NCBI RefSeq assembly: GCF_001447785.1
Contig: NW_015163639.1
Span: 62,001 to 126,000, forward strand
DNA: 64,000 nt
Direction: 5' to 3'
DNA from: Gekko japonicus
Lineage: Eukaryota
Shown: piece after piece, positions 1 to 9,998 of the stretch
How the letters are laid out: the number at the start of each line of letters is the position of its first letter
Numbering within the stretch: position 1 is the stretch's first letter
Made by a program: the position numbers and the translations under genes
Notes under the pieces: generated by a model
What the model saw: the letters and a program-made list of their open reading frames with translations, nothing else
What the model was told of the DNA's origin: nothing
Database searches by the model: none

Positions 1-330
1 GGAGACGCCCCTGCTGATAGGAGCCAAGTTGTCATGGCAGCACATAGGGAGAGAGGCCAGTGCCATGGAGGGCTTTGCATGTGATTGCCAAGACCTCAAA
101 ACTGAGCTCGATAACAAATGGGGAGCCAATGGAGTCCCTGCAGAATGGGAGTAATGTGCATTCTACGCCAGTTGGAGTTTCCACATTAACTTTGAGAGGA
201 GACCAACGTACAGTGCATTACAGTAGTCTAGTCTGATAATAAATCAATGTTACGGCGGCATCAATCCAGGTGGCCAGATTGAGGTGGCTCCTATGGAGGG
301 CGGCCTCTATGGCGTTATACCTTGTTGAGG
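1..330 (-). mobile_element. L2 LINE reverse-transcriptase C-terminal fragment
   Basis: Minus strand encodes RLDYCNALYVGL, a typical L2-clade motif; degraded. Confidence 0.6.
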
Positions 331-713
331 TCTAACATGACATTAGACATCAGCCAATGCTCTAGAAATGCTGCCATCACATTCAGATTTTTGCCCATAC
401 ATAATGTATGGGTGCTGGTAGGCAGTCACCACCCTGTAGACAATGTGGCCCTAGTCAGGTTAATTGGTTGGTTAGAACCACTATGTAAACCGCCCAGAGT
501 CCCTTCGGGGTCAGGGCGGTATATAAGCCGAAGGTATAAATAAATAAATAAATATAACCTGACATAATTTCTACCCCTTGCCCTTTGAACTGGAGATGCT
601 GGGGATTGAACCTGGGACCTTCTACCACAGAGCCACAGAGCCACGGCCAAGCTTTCAAGGGATAGCTTAAGATAGGATTGAAGCAGCAGGGTTTGTCACC
701 CTGGATGACTCCC

Positions 714-1200
714 CTCCTGTTTGGTGTAGTGCAGGGGTGGCCAAACTTGCTTAATGAAGCAGCCACATAGAATGAACGTCAGATGTTTGAGAGCCACAAG
801 ACATGAACAAATACCACACACACATTTTTACTGAGAAATCTACAAATTTGCTTTTTATTAACATTAAATTAGATTGTGTGAAAGAGCCACCTGCGGCTCC
901 TCAGCTGCAGTTTGGCCACCCCTGGCTGCAGTGGTTAAGAGTGGCAGACTCTAATCTGGAGAAACAGGTTTGATTCCCCACTCCTTCACGTGCAACCAGC
1001 TGGGTGACCTTGGGTCAGCCACAGTTCTCTCAGAGCTGTTATCATGAGCAGTTCTCGAAACATCTCTCTCAGCCCCACCTACCTCACAGGGTGTCTTTTG
1101 TGGGGAGGGGAAGGGACGGAGGTTGTAAGCCGCTCTGAGACTCCTTAGTGAAGAGTGGGGTATAAATCCTGTCTCCTCCTCCTCCTCCTCTTCTGCATCA
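714..1200 (+). mobile_element. tRNA/CORE SINE (Squam3/MIR-like) interrupted by a MITE
   Basis: Head GTTTGGTGTAGTG resumes as GTGGTTAAG after the MITE; CORE-like GGGTGACCTTGGG; pyrimidine-rich tail. Confidence 0.8.
732..924. mobile_element. hAT (Charlie/Buster-like) MITE
   Basis: 16-bp TIR CAGGGGTGGCCAAACT at both ends; degenerate TSD GTGTAGTG (nnnTAnnn type). Confidence 0.85.
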
Positions 1201-1805
1201 CTCTTCTGCATCACTCCCTAGGGCAGGCAATAGCAAACCACCCCTGAACGTCTCTTGCCTTGAAAACCCTGTGGGGGTCTCCATAAGTCAGCTGTGATTT
1301 GATGACACTTTCCACCGTCACCTCTCCCAGATCTTAGCCCAACACTCTGGCTCTGCAATACAGTTCCCAAGACAACAACCCTTTCCCAGCACACATAAAC
1401 GTCCTTGTCTGTGTGAAGAGGACTCCGGTCCGAGTGGTGTGTGCCCAGAGGTTTGCTGTTCAAATGAAAAGTGAAACATTTCCAAACAGATAGACCCAGA
1501 ATGGACAGCTGTGTTGGTCTGAGGCAGTAGAACAAATATGAACAAGGGTTTCTTGCACACAAAAGCTCATACCTTGAATAAACCTGTGTTGGTGTTAAAG
1601 GTGCCACTGGACTCTACATTTGTTCCACATTTCCAAACAGGCGTGGGAAAGAAAACGGAGGCTGTCAAAAACTGAAATAATTAGAGCTAGTTTATCAAGG
1701 AGAAAAAGGCTGCTTTGGAGACTGGACTCTATGGTATTGTATCTTGCTGAGGTTTCCCTCCCAAACTCTTGCTTTTGTGAAGATAAAATGGAGGTAAGGA
1801 GAATG

Positions 1806-2437
1806 ATCAGTGGCTATTAGCCATAAGCAGGGCTATTTTGGGGCAGGAACGCACAGGAACGGAGTTCCGGCTGGCTCCTGAGTTGGCCACGCCCAGCAGG
1901 AACTCATTAGCATAATAGGCCACACCCAACAGCAGAAATTCATTAGGATTGGCTACATTCGGGGTGTGTGGCCTAACATGCAAAGGGTTCCTGCTGCAAA
2001 GAAAGCCCTGGGTTTTGACAACAAACAAGGTAAACAGAATAAGAAGCAAAAGGTGGATGTGGCTGGATGACAACACGTCTGGTGATATGGGGGTGTGGCC
2101 TAATATGCTAATATGCTGTGCTGTCAGGGTGTGGCCTACTATGCTAATGAGTTCCTGCTGTTGGGTGTGGCCTGTTATGCTGATGAGTTCCTGCTGGGCT
2201 TTTTCTGCAAAAAAAGCCCTGGCCATAAGGTATTGATAAGGACTCTCAGTCTGGGGCAAGTGATGCTCTGTATTCTTGGTGCTGGGGGGAGGGGCAACTT
2301 CGAGTGTCCTGGTCTCACTGCTGGACCTCCTGATGGCAGCTGGTATTTTTGGCCACTGTGTGACACAGAGTGTTGGACTAGATGGGCCTTTGGCCTGATC
2401 CAACATTGGCATCTCTTATGTTCTTATATGTTCTTAT
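1806..2437 (+). mobile_element. CR1 LINE 3' end with nested MITE
   Basis: Same 3' UTR and (TTATGTTC)n tail as the CR1 at 17131-18018. Confidence 0.8.
1828..2221 (+). mobile_element. hAT MITE family C (composite)
   Basis: Termini CAGGGCTATTTT / AAAAAGCCCTG; perfect 8-bp TSD GCCATAAG; extra internal right TIR ending near 2010. Confidence 0.9.
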
Positions 2438-3684
2438 GATGTCAGGTGTTTTGGGTCCCCAATGGAGGGAAATTGGGATATGAATAAAGTAAATAGATTA
2501 ATATAATTAATTACCAAACATTTATTGATGATCGTTGTGCCACGGGCTTACAACTTCAGTATCTTTATAAAAAAAACCCCATCTCAAATCCCTGATAAAG
2601 GCTTTCCACCTAGAAACAGGACACAAAAAGAACTAGAGAATATGGGCGGGAAATCAATTTTAAAATGCCATTAATGTATATGGAAAAAAATCTTTGGTAC
2701 TTAGAGGTGCAAAGAATTGACCTGAGGAGATGGATGGTTTTAAAAAAGGTGTTTTTAAAAAATTTCTCAGAACATGAGGTTATCACAATGTATGCGAGAA
2801 GAGAAAACGTTTTCAGTAACTAGCGAGAGTGCCTCTGGGCAGGTGCAGAGTGCCTTCCCACATTATCGACAGTGCTGATGCTTAGAGGGCCAGGGCTTGA
2901 AGCTGACAAAGGGCACAGCCTCCAAGAGTGGGCCTGGTTCTGGATTCAATACCACCTTCCTTGTCAATGCCGGGCCAGGCAGTTTTTTCTGGATTTTCCA
3001 CACAAGGGGTTAAACTGAGAGAGCTCCGCTTGCTAGAGAGGCCTGGCTGGAGGGCCGAATTGGATGGGCTTCCTTTTCTTGTTTCTCCCCCATGGCTTGG
3101 TGGAAAGATCCCGCCTTGATTGAGGGTAGTTTTGAAGGTGGGCATATTTCTGTTGCATGTTTCCAGGGGCTGCAGCCAAGCCGGTAACTGGGAGAGGTGA
3201 GTTTTGGAAATAACTCGGTAGATCATGAAGGAAAAACCAAGAGTCCGCTTTATGTCTAATTGAGCGTTGGGTCCTCTGAGTGGCAGCTGACCTTCAGGAT
3301 CCCTGGCAGGGAAAGGTCTTTCCCAGCACCCAAGATCCCTTTAACAGGAGATGCCTGAAGTTGCTGTAAGGACTCTGTGCATTCAAAGCCGGTGCTCTGC
3401 CCGCTGAGCCCCAGCCCTTTCTCCTGGCACATCCTTTCCTTACACAGGAAAGCTGCCTTATGCCCTTGTAGACAGCCGATCAGTCTCTCTCAGTACTGTC
3501 TGGCAGCAGCTCTCCGGGGCCTCGGACAGAGAAGGGACCCATCCCCCCAAATATGCCTATTCCCGATCCATTCACTGGAGGTGCCTGGAATCAATCCTGG
3601 GAGATCCTGCATGCAAACAAAGCATTCTGCCGCTGAACCTCAAAAGCTGGTTTATATCCATTTAACTCAGTTTTGCCTCCTCCT

Positions 3685-3953
3685 CCAGTTTGGTGTAGGG
3701 GTTAAGTGCGCGGACTCTAATCTGGGAGAACCGGGTTTGATTCCCCACTCCTCCACATGCAGCTGCTGGATGGCCTTGGGCAAGCCATAGTTCTGTTAGA
3801 GTTTGTGTCAGAGTTCTCTCAGCCCCACCCACTTCACAGGGTGTCTGTTGTGGAGAGGGGAAGGGAAGGGAAAGGAGTTTGTAAGCCGCTTTGAGACTCC
3901 AAGTGAAGGGCGGGGGTATAAATCCAATCTCTTCTCTTCTTCTTCTTCTTCTC
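3685..3953 (+). mobile_element. Squam3-like SINE
   Basis: tRNA-like head, CORE-like body, (CTT)n tail. Confidence 0.85.
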
Positions 3954-4276
3954 TAACTGGCAGCAGCTCTCCAAGGCCTCAGGCAGAGAAGGTCCTCCCC
4001 CCCCCATTAATTCCTATGGGAACAGGGCAGTTGTCTAAGTCGTTCAGTCATAATTAGGGCTTCCAACAGCCTAGGGGGGAAGATGTTCTGTCCCTTTAAC
4101 AGAGACTTACAGTGCAGTCCTAAACAGAGTTGTACTCTTTTAAAGTCCATTGAAGTCAACAGAATGGTAAGGGTATGACTTTGTTTAGGATTGCACTGTT
4201 AACAGAATGTCATTTACTAGGTGCCGTTATTTGCCTCCAGGACACGAAAAGCTTCAGCTGCTCATTTCCGCACAGA

Positions 4277-4502
4277 TCAGTGGCTATTAGCCACAAGGTA
4301 TAGATAGGGGCTCTGGGGCAAGTGATGCTCTGTCTTCTTGGTGCTTGGGGGGGGGGGGGTCAACAGTGGGAGGGCTTCTAATGTCCTGGCCCCACTGGTG
4401 GACCTCCTGATGGCACCTGGTATTTCTGGCCACTGTGTGACACAGAGTGTTGGACTGGATGGGCCTTGGCCTGATCCAGCATTGGCGTCTCTTATGTTCT
4501 TA
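4277..4502 (+). mobile_element. CR1 LINE 3' UTR fragment
   Basis: Matches other CR1 3' ends; TTATGTTC tail. Confidence 0.8.
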
Positions 4503-4514
4503 TGATAGATCAAG

Positions 4515-4705
4515 CTGGATAGCCGTGTTAGTCTGTAGCAGTAGGAAAGAGCAAGAGTCCAGGAGCACCTGAAAGATTAACAAAAATGCGTGGCAGGGGA
4601 TGAGCATTTGTATCTGAAGAAGTGAGCAGTGGTTCACGAAAGCTCCTCCTCTGCCACCAATGTTGTTAGTCTTTAAGGCGCTCCTGGACTCTTGCCCTTT
4701 GCCAC
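4515..4705. mobile_element. Penelope-like element remnant (inverted arms) with hammerhead-like core
   Basis: Arms CAAGAGTCCAGGAGCACC / GGCGCTCCTGGACTCTTG enclose CTGAAGA-A-GTGAGC-AGTG-GTTCAC-GAAAGCTC. Confidence 0.6.
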
Positions 4706-5385
4706 CGTTCCACACAGTAAGCCTCTTATTAAAGGGGCAGGATATCTTCCTCTAGGCTTGCTGACGACCACAGTGTCAGAAGCAATAATTGCCTAAATTC
4801 CAGTCGTCGGAGGATAGCAGGAAGGACGGGCTGAGGCCTCTGTGGTGTGCTTGGAACCCCCTCTCCCCAGACTTACGTTGGTCTATGTTTAGGAGTCAAC
4901 ATGGTATAGTGTGTCAGAACAGGATCCGGGAGTGTGTGTGCGCCATCAAGTCGCAGTTGACGTAGGGCAACCCCTGCGAGACCTGTCACAGTTCTGCGAA
5001 GCCTGCAAAACAGAGCTCTTCCATCAGGCCTGTGGCCAAGGCTCCTGACAGAAAAGAATCAAGACTCTCTGAGGGGCCCTCCTTTCGCTCCCTTCCTCTG
5101 GCCTTCCCCCAGCATGACCAGATCTTTCCCTGAGGTGGAAAATTCTATATTTAATTTAATTAATTTATTTATTTTATTAAATTTCTACCCTGTCCTCCCA
5201 GCCGGAGCGGCTCATTTTTATTGTCATTTTTGTGTGTTATCTGTTGGTACAGTTGGTAACTTAAACTTGTATATGTTAAACTGTCTTAATTAATTTATGA
5301 TTATTGTTATTATAATATGTTGCTGCTGCGCCCTGAGGCCTGCAGTAGCAGGGGTGGGCGAGTCAGAAATTGAACAATTGAATAA

Positions 5386-5664
5386 CCAGTTTGGTGTAGT
5401 GGTTAAGTGTGCGGACTCTAATCTGGGAGAGCCGGGTTTGATTCCCCACTCCTCCACTTGCACCTGCTGATGTGACCTTGGTTCAGTCACAAGCTCTGGC
5501 ACAGCTGTCCTTGAAAAAGAGCAGTTTGTGTCAGAGTTCTCTCAGCCCCACCCACCTCACGGGGTGTCTGTTGTGGGGAGGGGAAGGGAAGGGAGTTTGT
5601 AAGCCGCTCTGAGACTCCAAGTGAAGGGCGGGGTATAAATCCAATCTCTTCTTCTTCCTCTTCT
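5386..5664 (+). mobile_element. Squam3-like SINE
   Basis: Full-length copy with (CTT)n tail. Confidence 0.85.
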
Positions 5665-5689
5665 AAATAAATAAATAAAAGGCAAGAGA

Positions 5690-5812
5690 TGATCAGAGGT
5701 GGTCCAGGCCATGACCCTTTGGAGGTCTCCCATCCAAATACTAGCCAGGGCTGACCCTGCTTATCTTCTGAGGTCTGACGATATCAGGCTAGCCTGAGCC
5801 ACCCAGGTCAGG
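5690..5812 (-). mobile_element. 5S rRNA-derived SINE
   Basis: Reverse complement carries the 5S internal control region (TAGTATTTGGATGGGAGACC). Confidence 0.7.
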
Positions 5813-6066
5813 AGGATCTAGGTGTTCAAATCCCTGCTGTGCCCAGAATCTTGCTGGGAGACCTCGGGCCAGTCGTCTCTGCCTAACCTACCTTACAGGG
5901 TTGTTGTGAGGTTAAAATGGGGGAAGGGAGAACAGCGTACGCTACCCTGAGCTTCTTGGAAGAAGGACACGATAAACGTGTGCTAGATTGTAGAGATATT
6001 GATATTGCCTTGCTCTTATTAAAATGAATTTTCTTTCTGGTACTAGAACGGTAGCCGGGAACGAAA

Positions 6067-6783
6067 ATGGAGGGGCAGAGTTTGGCCGGATCTCCAACAA
6101 GTGGACGCCTGGATTTGGGAGGAGGACTCCCTCACATTCTCCAACTAGAAACCGTGAGGGAGTTTCTGGCAGGGACAGCTCCACAACCCATCAAGAACGA
6201 ACCGGCTGAAGGGTTACGACAGCACGGGGAAGTCCAACGGCAGGGATTCCCAAAGACGACCCAGTTCCCACATGCGGGGTGGGGCAATCCGCAGCTGCCT
6301 CGGCCCTGGCCAGAAGAGGACTCCAAGGAGTTCCAGGCCTCCTTCATGGCAGTAGCTGGTGTCACCCAATGGCCTCGAGGGAAGTGCATGGCCCAAATTC
6401 CGCCAGAACTGAGTGAAGAGACCCGAGAGGCCTACGAGCCCTCAGCTTCTTCCGTCAAAGTAAAGGAAGAGATGCCGGAGGAGGTCCTGGTCGGCTTGGA
6501 GATGTGCCGCCAGCGTTTCAGGTGGTTCTGCTACCAGGAGGCCGAGGGACCCCGAGAGGCTTTCAGCCAACTCTGGGATCTCTGCCATCAATGGCTGGAG
6601 CCAGGGAGACACACCAAGGAGCGGATCCTGGAGCTGGTGATCCTGGAGCAGTTCTTGTTCATTCTGCCTCAGGAAATGCAGAGCTGGGTCAGGGAATGTA
6701 GCCCCGAGACCGGCAGCCAGGCGGTGGCCTTGGCGGAAGATTTTCTCCTCAGGCAAGGAGAGGCTGAAGGTGCTAGGCAAAAG
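6067..6783 (+). CDS. SCAN zinc-finger gene A, coding exon 1 (SCAN domain)
   Basis: SCAN motif [50 protein letters not shown]; acceptor TAG ends 6046; donor AAG|GTGAGA; 239 codons, phase 0. Confidence 0.93.
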
Positions 6784-7345
6784 GTGAGAGAACGCCATCC
6801 GATTTATCAATTTTTAAAGCCTTTGGCCTGTGACACGCTGTCCGTGCCTAGGATACAGGTCTTCAAAAGTGAGACTCTAAAGATCTGGAAGGAAGTTAAA
6901 ATTACCAAGAGCTTAGCCTGTGGGGCTGCTTATATGAGAGATCCCTGTCAGAGTGGGATCTTAATGTCAAAAGGACAGTGTGTGTGATACATTTGACAGA
7001 CATATTTACAAGTCCCTTATTCCCAAACAGTTACAGAATAACCAGCCTCATATTTTGTTCTTATTTCAATAAATCATCTTTTTTTAAACTTATCCCAGAA
7101 TTCAGCTCTATCTTTCCTCAGGACCACATAGATCCCTGAAAAGCCCAGACTCTGGGTCCCATTACCAGCAGCAAAGGAGAGAAGGTTTGGAATTCCAAAA
7201 ATTCCTGGTGGCAGCAGAAACTACCCCGCATAAAACACAAAGAGAAAATTTAAAGTGATAAACAGTCCTCCCCAAATAAGAGGACGCCACAGTCCTCCTT
7301 CCCAAATCTCTGACTGCTAAACACTGTCTGTATCTTCTGTTTCAG

Positions 7346-7460
7346 AGACAAGGACCCTTGGAATATATGGCTGTTAATTCCCCCAAGTCCGAGGACGATC
7401 CACCCGACTCCCTGAATATGCAGTTCTCTGTGGAGGCCAAACATGAGGCCAGCTTGCTGG
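7346..7460 (+). CDS. SCAN zinc-finger gene A, coding exon 2 (linker)
   Basis: TTCTGTTTCAG| and G|GTAAGG; open frame RQGPLEYMAVNSPKSEDDPPDSLNMQFSVEAKHEASLL, homologous to gene B exon 2; phase 0 to 1. Confidence 0.8.
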
Positions 7461-7816
7461 GTAAGGATCAGGGCCTCAAGTGACCTCTACTGACCTCTGT
7501 CTTTTGAAGAAGCATATATCACATGAACATGAAACTGCCTTCTGTTGAGGCAGACCATTGGTCCAATGAGGTCAGTATTGTCTACTCTGACTGGGAGAGG
7601 CTCTCCAAGGTCTCAGAGGTCTTTTCCATCAGCTCCTACCTGCTCTTTTGAACTGGAGAGGCTAGGGATTAAACATGGAACCTTATGCATGCCAAGCAGA
7701 TCATCTACGGCTGATCAACAATATGTATGCTAAATTTCATTTCTGGTAAGGAAGACTTTTAGTGTTGGCGTTTCAATTCTGGTCACGTTCCCAGTGTGAC
7801 ACAAAACCAGGGTGTG

Positions 7817-8396
7817 TGTATACTAGCTTGCCGGCTTCTGCTATCAGGTTACAGCATCTCTTGCTGCTCCTCAAAGATAACAAGGAGTCTCTGAAGTCCC
7901 GAGTCATTCAATCCAAGGTCAGGTTTTCCAGTAATCAATCAAGGCAATGTCAGCAGTTCAGGTCTAAGGTATGTATCGCATTCACGCCCAAAAGCATCTC
8001 TTGGGAGACTGTATAGCCACATGCCCAAATGTCACACAAACAGCCAGCTTCTAAGGACAGTCCTGTAAAGACTCATCTTCACTATCAATAGGCCACTGGT
8101 GTCAAGCCAAGAGGCGTGCACTTTGCCTTCTAGCCTGTAACTCTGTTCTCAGTGTTCTTCTGCAGCATTCCAAAGGTGTAGGTGATTCCAGAGGACTGGG
8201 AGTGGCTAACTGACCTTTAGCTGCTGAATTAGAGCTGGAGGGTGGAGATCATTCTAAACCAGCTTTTGGTTGCAAGTCCTGGCTTGCCTGCCCCTCATTT
8301 TCCAGCTGGTTGGCTTCTGTCAACTCTGGACTGGCTATGCAGGACCCCTCCTCTGAGGAGTCCTCACTGTCGCTGAGCTCTGGCTGACCCTTGACA
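7817..8396 (-). mobile_element. Solo LTR (Gypsy-like)
   Basis: TG...CA termini with 5-bp TSD GTGTG on both sides; strand is inferred. Confidence 0.65.
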
Positions 8397-9235
8397 GTGT
8401 GTATTTTACATGCAGATGGACACCAAATGTTCAAATGCCTGGCCTCTCCAGTTAAAGGATCTTCAGCAGCAGGTCTTGGGAAATCACTCTTGCTCTCTCT
8501 CTCTGTCTCACTCTGTTTCTCTCCCTGCCCGAACCCCTAAAAAGCTGCCGCCAGTTGCAGAAGACCAGTCTGAACTAGATGGGTGGAAGACCTGACATGG
8601 TATAAGGTAGTTTCCTATGATGGAACATCTGCTTTGCATACAGGTGGTCCAGGTTCAACAGGCATGGAGAAAACGCCCTGTCCCTTTAATAAGAGGCTTT
8701 GAGGGATGTTAATTACCAGCTGAAGTTATTTACCTTCGTGCCACAAAAAGCTGCAGCTGCCCATTTCCACACATTAAGCCTCTCCTTGCAGTCAAAATGG
8801 CTGCCAGTCACTCATCTTTCTTCATTCTTCAGTATGGAATATTGCCTCACAGCAGATTCCAGCGGAATCCTTCAGTGGGTGAGAAATTGCATCTATGAGA
8901 CAATGAATCTATATTGAATTTGATTTCACCCCTCCCATTACGACCCCCACTGTGTCTTTGTTCAACCGCACGTGGACTTCTAGTGGTACCTGGCCCCTGA
9001 TTCGCCCCTATGAGTGGAACAAGGGGGAGGGCCTTTCCCATCACGGCCCCAGAATGCTCCGACTGAGGAGACTAGTGCCCTGCAGGACTTGTCTGCATTC
9101 TGCGGGGCATCTAAGACAGAGTTATCCCACCAAGCATCCCTCGAATATAATTTTGGTAGACTCTTGCCAACAATGCTGTCAATTTTTATGCCAAAAGTTT
9201 ATGTGCCGAGTTTTAACGGGATTTCTATTGCCCCG

Positions 9236-9430
9236 ACCTCGATAGCCCGGGCTAGCCCGATATTGTCAGATCTCAGAAGCTAAACAGGGCCATCCCTGGT
9301 TGGTTATTTGGAAGGGAGACCACCAAGGAAAACCCAGGTCATGAAGTGGAGGCAGTCAATGGCAAACCATCTCTCAACGTCTGTTACTTTGAAAACCCTA
9401 TGGGGTCACCATAAGTCGTCGGTGACTTGG
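9236..9430 (+). mobile_element. 5S rRNA-derived SINE
   Basis: GCCCGATATTGTCAGATCTCAGAAGCTAA 5S-like head plus the 3' body shared with other copies. Confidence 0.7.
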
Positions 9431-9448
9431 TTTTATTATTGTTACAGT

Positions 9449-9848
9449 CGGGGGTCATTTCCTGCAGGAGCGCACAGGAGTGGAGCTCCGGCAGTAAAGA
9501 GTCCAGGGGGTGGGCACATGCAACAAGCCCCGCCCCCTGCTCCCAGGAGCCCTCAGTCAGAGCAAGAAGCAGCCAGGTAAGCTGCAGAGCCCCCCCCCTA
9601 GCCCCCCGGTCCAAAACAGTCCAGTGGCACCTCTAAGACCAGGTTTTATTCAGGTACAAGCTCTCCCTCCTCTGTGAGGACAGATCTGCACCCCCCCCCC
9701 AATAGCTAGCAATCCAAAACAGTCCAGTGGAGCCTGAGCGGTAGGTGTTGCCTTCTGACACACTTCCGGTGATGTCAGGGGGTGTGGCATATGCTAATGA
9801 GTTATGCTAATGAGCTCCTGCACCTCTTTTTCTACAAAATGACCCCTG
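9449..9848 (+). mobile_element. hAT MITE family D
   Basis: TIR C(A/G)GGGGTCATTT / AAATGACCCCTG; perfect 8-bp TSD GTTACAGT. Confidence 0.9.
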
Positions 9849-9998
9849 GTTACAGTACTGTTATCTGCCCCAAGCCCCATTTTGGGGGAGGGGCAGGATA
9901 AAAATCTGATAAACTAAATCAGTAAAACAAATGGGTCCTCTACCGTGCTGTCCCATAGAGTGTCATTCATATGGTGTTTCCTTTCCCACCCCCAACAG

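Noticed and set aside
3167-3196. 30-nt micro-exon (TTTCCAG| and GAG|GTGAGT) as 5' UTR of gene A
   Set aside because: Splice sites look good but nothing else supports it without RNA data.
7461-9998. KRAB-A/B exons in gene A intron 2 (and the gene B introns)
   Set aside because: No VTFEDVAV / LYRDVMLENY-like exon seen; exon phases already join without one.
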